The notes under the pieces were generated by a model that saw only the letters and a program-made list of their open reading frames with translations, searched no databases and was not told the origin of the DNA. A stretch of DNA of 64,000 nt, taken from the sequence record KU686213.1; one strand, given 5' to 3'. Both the position numbers and the translations under genes were made by a program. Shown piece after piece: positions 51,336 to 59,506 of this stretch (position 1 is the stretch's first letter; the number at the start of each line of letters is the position of its first letter).

Positions 51336-52040
51336 GTGTCCACTGCCCTCAGTGGTATTCTTCCTATTCTCTTGAGACAAGAATTTCCAGATGCTGAAAT
51401 TTGCTGCCTTGAGTATAATAATATGTTTGTAAAACATCTAGAAACTCTTGGCTTTATCACTTATACATCTAAAGACACACTTCCTATGAATTTTGACTTA
51501 ACTATAGGCAACCCACCATATGGGAATAGAGCTTCATTAGCAATTAAGTTTGTTAATAAGGGGTTAGAGTTATCTGGTCGTGTTGATATGGTACTACCCC
51601 TATCATTTAATAAACCATCAATACAAAACTCAATTGACCCATATTCTGAATGTATATTCAGCGAAGAACTACCTGCCGATACATTCCCCAATGGAATTAG
51701 GGCAGTCCGCCAAATATGGGTAAAGTCAAAGACTAAGAGGGAGCTAGTTCCCCTACCAACTACACACTCAGACTTTGAGTTTATTAAATGGGAAGATAGA
51801 GACACTGCCGACCTAATGATTGGGGCAGTAGGCTCTGGTCCTTCTGGTAGAGTCTACACAGAGAACTTCAGTCATTATCAATGCAAGCATAGTTTCATTA
51901 AATGTAAGTCTCAGGAGATTATTGATAGGTTGGTTGAGATGGGACCTGAACTGAGAGAAACTTCTAAAGCTCAAAATGGTAGAGGTGGTGTATGTAAGTC
52001 TGATATTGTTACACTGTACATTAGTAAGTATGATTCATGA
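51336..52040 (+). CDS. Adenine methyltransferase NPPY + target recognition part (start uncertain)
   Basis: MNFDLTIGNPPYG, LAIKFVNK, VLPLSF, QIW; no intact motif I. Confidence 0.75.
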   Translation: MSTALSGILPILLRQEFPDAEICCLEYNNMFVKHLETLGFITYTSKDTLPMNFDLTIGNPPYGNRASLAIKFVNKGLELSGRVDMVLPLSFNKPSIQNSIDPYSECIFSEELPADTFPNGIRAVRQIWVKSKTKRELVPLPTTHSDFEFIKWEDRDTADLMIGAVGSGPSGRVYTENFSHYQCKHSFIKCKSQEIIDRLVEMGPELRETSKAQNGRGGVCKSDIVTLYISKYDS

Positions 52041-52438
52041 GTAAGAACAGGCACAACCTGGATGTTGGTTCATCCATTGATAGAAGCGATGAGCGTATTG
52101 CAGAGACACAAGAGGTATTCACTCCCATTTCTCTATGTGCATCTATGGTCAATGATATTGATGAAGATACACTCAAGAATCCATCCAGTAAGTTTCTAGA
52201 CAACTCTGCTGGTTCTGGCAACTTCTTGGTTGCCCTCCGCGATGAGCTATTGGAATATCACGAGTTATCACATATCTTAGATAATATGCTATATGCGGTT
52301 GAGCTTATGGAAGACAATCACGCCGAGTTATGTGAGAGGTTAGGTGTTCCTGTCACCCATCCACACTATGTCTGCCACAATGCACTCACATATGATTATA
52401 GCTTCGGTGAGCTTGTAGGATTAGAGGCATTCTTCTAG
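52037..52438 (+). CDS. Methyltransferase SAM-binding module (motif X-I-II, no NPPY), copy 2
   Basis: EVFTP, FLDNSAGSGNF; 100/133 identical to 45121-45522 by manual alignment. Confidence 0.8.
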   Translation: MSKNRHNLDVGSSIDRSDERIAETQEVFTPISLCASMVNDIDEDTLKNPSSKFLDNSAGSGNFLVALRDELLEYHELSHILDNMLYAVELMEDNHAELCERLGVPVTHPHYVCHNALTYDYSFGELVGLEAFF

Positions 52439-52520
52439 CCACTTTCAATAGTGTCCACTAATACACCACAGCCCACCTAGGTGGGTTATACTATATTCAA
52501 CAAGCAAAGCAAACTAGCCA

Positions 52521-52778
52521 ATGCGATCACTACTACTAGCGGGGGTCTTGATGCTCTCCACACTACCAGCACAAGCCCAGACCCGTGTGGTGTGTGGTTT
52601 TATGCTAGAATACAATGCCTGCCTAACGGACAACACCAACACCACTGATATTGTGCTGGTACTAGGACCAGATGGTGGAGAGAGAATCACTATTGATTGT
52701 AGTAACAGTCAATGGAACTCACACGGTCCTAACACACAAGAGTTCGTTCAGTCCATCGTAGATTCTTACTGTAACTGA
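52521..52778 (+). CDS. Hypothetical exported protein
   Basis: Signal peptide; follows cassette at 52451. Confidence 0.65.
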   Translation: MRSLLLAGVLMLSTLPAQAQTRVVCGFMLEYNACLTDNTNTTDIVLVLGPDGGERITIDCSNSQWNSHGPNTQEFVQSIVDSYCN

Positions 52779-52780
52779 TT

Positions 52781-53317
52781 ATGAAAGCATTTATCTCCGC
52801 ATTCCTTGCATCACTCGCTATTGCTGCTCCTGCTATGGCAGCACCACTCCCAGCAGATCATCAACGATTTGTAGACACAATGGTCAACGATGGTGTGATC
52901 TTCAAGGTTAATGAACCAGCAGAGCTATGTTATGGTGATAAAGACGTTGACGGTGGCTATGTTGTATATAAAGGTGATCGCTATCTAGTAGTATGTCAAG
53001 ACAATCGCACAACCAGTGATGTAACAAACTGGACTGCTAATGACCTTGATACTATCAGACACGAAGGTTTCCACGTCATTCAAGACTGTATGTCAGGAGC
53101 CAAGAATGATAATGTATTTGATACAGTATTCACTAGTCAAGAGGAGGTCATTGATGCTCTTGGTGTAGAAGAAGCAATGCGCATTACGAGTATCTATTCT
53201 AATAACTATAATAAAGATAGGCACGGTGATATTAAGATGGAGATTGAAGCATTCTATGCTGCTAGGGACTACTCTGCTACAGAACTAAATTCTTTGTACA
53301 CACAATACTGTAAGTAA
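52781..53317 (+). CDS. Exported putative zinc metallopeptidase
   Basis: Signal peptide; IRHEGFHVIQDC (HExxH) and downstream EIEA. Confidence 0.6.
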   Translation: MKAFISAFLASLAIAAPAMAAPLPADHQRFVDTMVNDGVIFKVNEPAELCYGDKDVDGGYVVYKGDRYLVVCQDNRTTSDVTNWTANDLDTIRHEGFHVIQDCMSGAKNDNVFDTVFTSQEEVIDALGVEEAMRITSIYSNNYNKDRHGDIKMEIEAFYAARDYSATELNSLYTQYCK

Positions 53318-53318
53318 A

Positions 53319-53606
53319 ATGAAACGCTACGGTCTTTATTGGTTACGAGCACTCACACTAGGTGCTGGTCTTAATGCTCTTATTGTAAGCTCATTGATGA
53401 ATCATAGGGATTGGAAGTTTCATCAAGCAGCACCTATTGGAGCTCTTGTGTGTGTTAATTGTTCCTTTGCTGCTGACCGTCTTATCTTTGGTAGAACAAA
53501 AAAGAAGGCAGTTGTACCCACCATAACACCTACCGAGACACCCCACAGTTGCCCTGTATGCTCTGACTACCCTTGTGTATGTGACGCTTGGAAAAGTGGC
53601 TCATAA
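53319..53606 (+). CDS. Hypothetical membrane protein
   Basis: Hydrophobic segments, C-terminal Cys cluster. Confidence 0.5.
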   Translation: MKRYGLYWLRALTLGAGLNALIVSSLMNHRDWKFHQAAPIGALVCVNCSFAADRLIFGRTKKKAVVPTITPTETPHSCPVCSDYPCVCDAWKSGS

Positions 53607-53691
53607 GAGCATACAGTGCCCACTCATAGACTATAATTACAGGAGTAGACACACCCCCACCTCAATCAAACAAACTACACACAAATAACAA

Positions 53692-53850
53692 ATGAAAACA
53701 TCACACACTGTATTAATTTCAGCTACAGCAGCATCTTCATTCGTCATTGGTAAGAACTATGCACCTCGAACAACTTGGGACATTTTTATTGTTTTGTTGC
53801 TAACTGCTATTATGAGTCTTATGATTCAATTTGTGAGGGAAAATAGTTGA
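53692..53850 (+). CDS. Two-TM microprotein paralogue A (52 aa)
   Basis: MKTSHTVLISATAASSFVIGKNYAPRTTWDIFIVLLLTAIMSLMIQFVRENS. Confidence 0.6.
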   Translation: MKTSHTVLISATAASSFVIGKNYAPRTTWDIFIVLLLTAIMSLMIQFVRENS

Positions 53851-53905
53851 GGTATATTCTAATTCCACCCCCACCTCAATCAAACAAACTACACACAAAT
53901 AACAA

Positions 53906-54064
53906 ATGAAAAACTTACACATTGCAGCAATTTCAGCGGTATTATCATTTACATTTATTATTGGATTAACATATGTACCTGAAACAACTGGTTATTTTAT
54001 TGCTGGTTCTGTATTAACTGCTGTTATTAGTCTTGTTATTGGTTCTATGAGGGAAAATAGTTGA
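53906..54064 (+). CDS. Two-TM microprotein paralogue B (52 aa)
   Basis: MKNLHIAAISAVLSFTFIIGLTYVPETTGYFIAGSVLTAVISLVIGSMRENS. Confidence 0.6.
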   Translation: MKNLHIAAISAVLSFTFIIGLTYVPETTGYFIAGSVLTAVISLVIGSMRENS

Positions 54065-54154
54065 GGTATATTCTAATTCCACCCATTGCAGCGCCTATTC
54101 ACCTGTCGCGCCACTAATTGTACTTGCAGTAATCTTTACTTTGGATAATAAACT

Positions 54155-54331
54155 ATGAAAACATCACATACTGTATTAATTTCAGCTACAGCAGCATCTT
54201 CATTCGTCATTGGTATGAACTACGCACCTATAATATCTTATAATATTTTTGCTGTTTTAGCACTAACTGCTGTATTTACTCTTATTGTTAAAGGAATCCA
54301 ATTCATTATTAAAAACCCAAATGAAATCTAA
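54155..54331 (+). CDS. Two-TM microprotein paralogue C (58 aa)
   Basis: MKTSHTVLISATAASSFVIGMNYAPIISYNIFAVLALTAVFTLIVKGIQFIIKNPNEI. Confidence 0.6.
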   Translation: MKTSHTVLISATAASSFVIGMNYAPIISYNIFAVLALTAVFTLIVKGIQFIIKNPNEI

Positions 54332-54488
54332 CTATCTACCATATATTGTTGTAGGGCTCACTATTGTTGTTGGTGTTAATCTATGGGTAATTGAGAGAGA
54401 TGCCGAATCATTTGAACGTTGGTGTTCTAGTGAATCAGCACAGACACAAAGTCTAGCTTGTTACCCACAGTTAAACCCAATGCCCTAA
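54321..54488 (+). CDS. Small membrane protein
   Basis: MKSNYLPYIVVGLTIVVGVNLW. Confidence 0.55.
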   Translation: MKSNYLPYIVVGLTIVVGVNLWVIERDAESFERWCSSESAQTQSLACYPQLNPMP

Positions 54489-55183
54489 TCAACATCAGCA
54501 TAGAACCACATATAACCTTTCCAACGTTGATTCCATTTGATAGAAGTACAAATGCCTTTACCTCTATCATCTTCACCCATAGCTCTCATTGCTTCACTGA
54601 TAGAGTCGAAGATAGGAGTAACGTGACCTTCTTTGTGTATGCCGTATACCTTACGTTTGTTACTACCAATTTGTTTATATACCCACCATTTGTATCCATA
54701 GGCAGTACCATCTCTAGCAATAGCATCTTTAATTTTAGTTATCTTACCATTAGCAAACTCAGCAGCAGCTTTCCATCCGTGATGAGTCTTAAGCTTGCCC
54801 GTTTTAGTACAACGTGATTTAATGGTATTACAAGGGTGTTTAGGTGATGGTTTCTTCTTTCTCTGTATGCCCCATTTACGCTTACTAGTAGTATGCCGTT
54901 CCCTTGTAATGTTATGCTCTAATACGTCTTGATTATACTCTGGTTTATATCTATCGAACCAGTATTCCATACGGTTAGCAATGTCACACTTATAATACTC
55001 TTCAAGTATAGATATCTTAAAATTAGAGGGATTGTAACGTCTCATAGACATAAATAGGGAGCTATTCTCAGACTCATATTTTTGTAACATTTCACGCCAC
55101 TCTCGATTGAGTGGTTTTTCCGTGTAATCAATGTACGAATGCCCTGTTTCAAGGTTTTTGATGACGTAGATGTTATAGAGCAT
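54485..55183 (-). CDS. GIY-YIG-like homing endonuclease, possibly degenerate
   Basis: NIYVIKNLETGHSYIDYT N-terminus; NUMOD-like C-terminal repeats (IFDSISEAMR, G.KW). Confidence 0.6.
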   Translation of the reverse strand: MLYNIYVIKNLETGHSYIDYTEKPLNREWREMLQKYESENSSLFMSMRRYNPSNFKISILEEYYKCDIANRMEYWFDRYKPEYNQDVLEHNITRERHTTSKRKWGIQRKKKPSPKHPCNTIKSRCTKTGKLKTHHGWKAAAEFANGKITKIKDAIARDGTAYGYKWWVYKQIGSNKRKVYGIHKEGHVTPIFDSISEAMRAMGEDDRGKGICTSIKWNQRWKGYMWFYADVD

Positions 55184-55248
55184 TTGAGGTGTTTCTCTCT
55201 TTTATTATAGTATGTATATTAAATATGTAAATAAACTAGGTTAGCTAC

Positions 55249-55278
55249 TTGACACCGATGAGTAGTATGCTATATAAT
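55249..55278 (+). promoter_or_regulatory. Sigma70-type promoter
   Basis: TTGACA-18 bp-TATAAT with no long ORF downstream. Confidence 0.6.
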
Positions 55279-55380
55279 AGTAACGTTCACGATGAATGTA
55301 GAAGATAAACCCAACCAACCTAAACGATTGATTGAGTTGTTAATATAATCACTTGTAAGCACATAGGAACCATCTATACC

Positions 55381-55460
55381 CATAGAGTACATAGAGCCTA
55401 TTAGCTCCATAGAGTCCATAGAGCCTATTAGCTCCATAGAGCCTATTAGCTCCATAAAGG
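55381..55460. repeat. Tandem repeat of CATAGAGCCTATTAGCTC
   Basis: Three exact 18-mers (55390, 55417, 55435) interspersed with 9-mer CATAGAGT(A/C) units. Confidence 0.9.
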
Positions 55461-55781
55461 TCCACAGGAACTGCAACCTTAGCCTGTTTTCTATCGAAAG
55501 TCAAGCGGAACCCCACGGGACACAAAAATTTCTGGGAAATACCTCGGAAAAGTCCTCTCAGGTTCTCTCATAGAACTCTCATAAAGGTCCCCTAAATAAG
55601 TGTGCTTACCGACACAGCAATACGCTATAAACCTTAAGGATACTAGCAATTGCTTGAAAGACTGCTATAATATATCCATAGGGGGAAAGCAATGCCCCCA
55701 CGTCAATCCCCCATATGGGGGAAAGACACTATGGTCATCTTCACAAACTGATGAACCTCTGATCCATTACTTCCTACTACT

Positions 55782-56033
55782 ATGGCAATGATCTACTTAT
55801 TTGAATCCAACCAAGACCTAGCTCAACGGGGCGGCGGTGTAATGTCATGGGATGGCGAACCCGAAGAGATGTGGGGTGAAGTCAATCCTAACAATATCTC
55901 TAATGGTGATATCGCTGATATCATTGAGATGATTGGTCGTCCCGCATCTGCCGAGGTTGCTGCTGCTGAATATGATGAGTATCGTGATGAGCGTGATAGC
56001 TCTGAGCGTATGGCTGATCGTTATGGTTGCTGA
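55782..56033 (+). CDS. Acidic hypothetical protein
   Basis: Asp/Glu-rich 83 aa. Confidence 0.5.
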   Translation: MAMIYLFESNQDLAQRGGGVMSWDGEPEEMWGEVNPNNISNGDIADIIEMIGRPASAEVAAAEYDEYRDERDSSERMADRYGC

Positions 56034-56039
56034 TGTAAT

Positions 56040-56244
56040 AATACTGCGCGGTAAATAACCTTCGCGTGTGGATATACTGCGATGCATATAACCTGTGTGC
56101 CTGCATACACTGCGCAGCATATAACATGCATTACGCAGCATATATCGCAGCATATATGCACACATTACGCAGTATATCTCGTACACGTACACGCAGTATA
56201 TAATAATATTGTTCACTGCGGGAGCTGTCACTCTCGCAGTATTT
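56040..56244. repeat. CGCAGYATAT direct/inverted repeat array (iteron-like)
   Basis: Direct copies at 56113, 56134, 56146, 56168, 56192 (near-match 56235); inverted at 56072 (near-match 56040). Confidence 0.85.
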
Positions 56245-56429
56245 TTGTGTGTCTCGCTGCGCCCCCTCTGATAAAGGCACAGCGGACTGCGGAATCTCTT
56301 AAGGATCCTGGAGATATTATAACATATGCGTATCATGCAGCGCAAGTGGGTCTCATAGTACTCTCATATATACTATTCTAGGTTTTTCCTAGATTATGTG
56401 CTATAATATATCTTCACCACCTTGGGCTA

Positions 56430-56597
56430 ATGAATACCTCGTACTCTCATAGAAAGTCTATTAGTATTACTTTAGACTTGGAAGTTTATGATGATTTTAA
56501 TTACAATGAAATTGATTTTAATTCTTTATTAGAATTAGAAGGTAATGAGACTGTAGAGGTTAGTATTACCGACCATTCTGATGTAGAAGTATATTAA
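56430..56597 (+). CDS. Acidic small protein (55 aa)
   Basis: ITLDLEVYDDFN...LLELEGNE.V.V motif. Confidence 0.55.
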   Translation: MNTSYSHRKSISITLDLEVYDDFNYNEIDFNSLLELEGNETVEVSITDHSDVEVY

Positions 56598-56739
56598 TAT
56601 ACTTTGTAATTATACTTTGAGTTAATTGTTATTACTTAATGAGGCATTATGTGCCGATAGGTGAAGTGTCCACAAAACCGAATATTTACCCCAGGATGCC
56701 TTATAGTTGATTCATCAACACAAAGGGGCATCCTTTTTA

Positions 56740-57021
56740 ATGAATACCGAGTATCAACTGGCAGACACAATTACTGAAACTTTAACAACAATTTCATCTC
56801 GTTGTAGTCAGTTAATCAATGAAGATCGCTTAGAAGATGTTACATCAATGCTCAATGAGTGGACACTTAATGATGACACAGTAGTGCTGACTCACTTCCT
56901 CAATGAGACTACTGATAGTATTGAAGATCAGCTGATGTATGTTACTATGAGTGAAACTCACATCACAGAGGGATCATTCTGGTTTGATCCCGAGGTTGAA
57001 CTCCCCACCGACAACATTTAA
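56740..57021 (+). CDS. Hypothetical early protein
   Basis: Follows cassette at 56666. Confidence 0.6.
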   Translation: MNTEYQLADTITETLTTISSRCSQLINEDRLEDVTSMLNEWTLNDDTVVLTHFLNETTDSIEDQLMYVTMSETHITEGSFWFDPEVELPTDNI

Positions 57022-57034
57022 TTTTATTAAAAAA

Positions 57035-57238
57035 ATGAATCTTACAAACGACCAGCGCCTAGCTCTTGCTCAACGTATCACTGACGAGTTTAAATTGTTC
57101 GTTAAAGAAGAACTAGTATATCAAGTTGATGATATGAAAGATAACGACCAGCTGAATCACGATTACTATATTACATCTAGCGACCAAGAGGATATCACAA
57201 AACTGGTAATTGACCTCATTGCTGTGCCAGTTAGCTAA
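57035..57238 (+). CDS. Hypothetical early protein
   Basis: MNLTNDQRL... Confidence 0.6.
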   Translation: MNLTNDQRLALAQRITDEFKLFVKEELVYQVDDMKDNDQLNHDYYITSSDQEDITKLVIDLIAVPVS

Positions 57239-57304
57239 GTGTCCACTAAATCCCCCACTGGTTCGCTAGTGGGTTATATTACATACATCAACACAAGAAC
57301 CCCA

Positions 57305-57493
57305 ATGACCTCCGATCTCATCGAACTAATGGAAGCACAGGGATCCGATGGAATCCTAGAAATGATGGCTGATAGAGATGGTTCAGCTTTCTTGCTTGAT
57401 AGGCTCTTTGCTTCAATGGATGAGACGGAAGTTGCCGAGTGGACCACCTGGTTAAAGACCAGTTTGAAAACCTACACATCAAACCAACCATAG
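57305..57493 (+). CDS. Hypothetical early protein
   Basis: Follows cassette at 57239. Confidence 0.6.
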   Translation: MTSDLIELMEAQGSDGILEMMADRDGSAFLLDRLFASMDETEVAEWTTWLKTSLKTYTSNQP

Positions 57494-57536
57494 GGTCCTC
57501 AATGCCCTATACTAATCACATCAACACAGGACCCCA

Positions 57537-57734
57537 ATGGACATCAGAGTATACTGTACATCTGAGGAGAGTTTAAACCAAGCAGTGGAGCTTATCCAAA
57601 TGCTAGACGATAATGCTAGCATCTCCACGTGGGAGCCTGATGGGGACGATGGGACCTATGGGGCATTCGTTGATGGTATTGACGATCAACTAGCCACCAC
57701 CTTGGGACAGTTGTACGAAGTGTCCACTGACTGA
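57537..57734 (+). CDS. Hypothetical early protein
   Basis: Follows truncated cassette ending TATACT near 57510. Confidence 0.6.
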   Translation: MDIRVYCTSEESLNQAVELIQMLDDNASISTWEPDGDDGTYGAFVDGIDDQLATTLGQLYEVSTD

Positions 57735-57785
57735 CCCACTGGGTCCTCAATGCCCTATACTAATCACATCAACACAGGAACCCCA

Positions 57786-57941
57786 ATGAAAAAGTCATTC
57801 AAGGTTTGTCTCTCAAAGATGGATAATCCAAATTTCCTTAATTTTATTATTGTTGAGGATTGTGTTGATATGGATGAATGTGTTGAACATATTCACTCCA
57901 CCGAAAGAGGATGGGTGATTGATTCTATCAAGCAGCTTTGA
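57786..57941 (+). CDS. Hypothetical early protein
   Basis: Follows cassette at 57720. Confidence 0.55.
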   Translation: MKKSFKVCLSKMDNPNFLNFIIVEDCVDMDECVEHIHSTERGWVIDSIKQL

Positions 57942-58023
57942 TGGGACACTTAGCTAAGTGACCACTGAACCACCCATAGGGCACTCAATGCCCTATACTA
58001 ATCACATCAACACAAAACAACCA

Positions 58024-58344
58024 ATGACCACTGCCCCACATTTCGTTCGTTCTACAATGAGCCTCGGACCTACTGAGAGCATCTGCTTCAAAGTGAGCTG
58101 TGACGCAAAAGCACAATGGGAGAATGGAATCTTCCACAACTCACGATATGGAATCTTCTTTCTTTGTGAGGAGGGAGGGAAGCTGAAGCTTGAGCTCACA
58201 TCAAAGGGACTCGACACCATTAAGTTCCGTAAGTGTACAGTCAAGAGTGAAGCAGGGGCAGTGAACCGCATCCTAAAATGGATGGGTGATATTATGGGAG
58301 ACAGTATCTTCCTTCCTATGCCTGAGTTTGAGGAAGCAAACTAA
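58024..58344 (+). CDS. Hypothetical early protein
   Basis: Follows cassette at 57958. Confidence 0.65.
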   Translation: MTTAPHFVRSTMSLGPTESICFKVSCDAKAQWENGIFHNSRYGIFFLCEEGGKLKLELTSKGLDTIKFRKCTVKSEAGAVNRILKWMGDIMGDSIFLPMPEFEEAN

Positions 58345-58372
58345 CAGCGCTCTATTTAACCTTCGCATCATA

Positions 58373-58478
58373 ATATACTGCGCAGCATATAACATGCACG
58401 CAGTATATAATATACATCACACACATTACTAATGAACAACTACATCGACGACGCAGCACTCTATGAAGATATACTGCG
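58373..58478. repeat. Second CGCAGYATAT cluster
   Basis: Inverted at 58373 and 58469, direct at 58381 and 58399; shares ACTGCGCAGCATATAACATGCA with 56109. Confidence 0.8.
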
Positions 58479-58599
58479 CGAGGACGAAGTATATAATGGG
58501 CTACGCAGGCTTGAGCTGCCTGTAAGGGATGGACGCAGGCAACAGCGTAGACGCAGGGAGCGCCAGCGTCAAGCTTGTTACAATAAGTATCACAACTAG
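58432..58599 (+). CDS. Small Arg-rich protein (55 aa)
   Basis: MNNYIDDAALYED...RRQQRRRRERQRQ. Confidence 0.4.
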   Translation: MNNYIDDAALYEDILREDEVYNGLRRLELPVRDGRRQQRRRRERQRQACYNKYHN

Positions 58600-58678
58600 G
58601 ACAGTATACTAACTGTCCACCAAACCAACACAGCGCAGCCATCTGCGCTATATTATATACATCAACACAAGGAACCCA

Positions 58679-58846
58679 ATGAACACATTCACACCCAATC
58701 CTATGCTTGAGATGTTAATGAGTCGTGAACAGTTAATGGAAGATATTGATGCGATTGTTGATAGTTTTGACCGTGATTCAGAAAGTAATGATGATTTAGT
58801 TTCTAGGCTATGTGATGCTGTATGTGCTAATTTCCCCGTTAAGTAA
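58679..58846 (+). CDS. Small early protein (55 aa)
   Basis: Follows cassette at 58613; REQLMEDID...LCDAVC.NFP. Confidence 0.6.
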   Translation: MNTFTPNPMLEMLMSREQLMEDIDAIVDSFDRDSESNDDLVSRLCDAVCANFPVK

Positions 58847-58873
58847 CACCAACTCAATTCACACTATCTAACA

Positions 58874-59101
58874 ATGAACCTCGGTCATCTTCAAACAAAA
58901 ATGTTGACGTTCGTCAATGAGCGTCCTGGTTTTCATCACATAAGAAAAGACAGAGATACACTTAGAGTGGCTAATTCACTCGCAAAGCGTAACTTAATAA
59001 TACTTGAAGAATATCTTGGAGACTATACTATTCGGGCTATTGATAGCGAACGTGTTGATGTAAATGATTATAACTACGCAGGGAGTAGGCATCACTATTG
59101 A
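58874..59101 (+). CDS. Hypothetical protein, winged-helix-like
   Basis: RVANSLAKRNLI segment. Confidence 0.5.
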   Translation: MNLGHLQTKMLTFVNERPGFHHIRKDRDTLRVANSLAKRNLIILEEYLGDYTIRAIDSERVDVNDYNYAGSRHHY

Positions 59102-59183
59102 GTGTGCCAGTTGCGCTAGTGTCCACTAAATCACCCACTGGGCTCCTGGTGGGTTATATTAATCACATCAACACAAAACCTCA

Positions 59184-59426
59184 ATGAACACCCTCAAAGA
59201 TCTCCAAGCTAGAGTTGCCGCACTAATTGAACAGCAAGGCGAAGATTCTGTATGTGCTGCGTGGATTTACACTGGCGAAGATGTTATTAGATATGACGAA
59301 AATTGTGATGCAATACGTCAGCCCAAAGAATTGAGTGATAAAGTAATAAATGGTTTAGATGCCTATGATTACATTTATCAAGTTATTGATGAGGCTATTA
59401 CTCAAGAAATGGATGAGTGCGTGTGA
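59184..59426 (+). CDS. Hypothetical early protein
   Basis: Follows cassette at 59119. Confidence 0.65.
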   Translation: MNTLKDLQARVAALIEQQGEDSVCAAWIYTGEDVIRYDENCDAIRQPKELSDKVINGLDAYDYIYQVIDEAITQEMDECV

Positions 59427-59506
59427 CGGTTGGGCTAGTGTCCACTAGGGCTAGCAGCTCCCCTCCTAGCTGCTACAATTGATTCATACCAAACAAGGGA
59501 ACTCAA

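Larger units (their letters stand above)
30203..59157 (+). repeat. Dispersed early-promoter stem-loop cassette family A (about 20 copies)
   Basis: (G/C)TG(T/A)CCAC core + GC hairpin + TATACT/TATATT. Cores at 30215, 32710, 36012, 36303, 39899, 41716, 42371, 43601, 45535, 45912, 47094, 48931, 51336, 52451, 56666, 57239, 57720, 57958, 58613, 59119. Confidence 0.85.

Noticed and set aside
55845-56381. Track ORFs 55845-56345 (-), 55921-56127 (-), 56082-56381 (+) and 58352-58642 (-)
   Set aside because: Low-complexity Cys/Tyr/His/Met translations produced by the CGCAGYATAT repeats on both strands, with no recognisable motifs.
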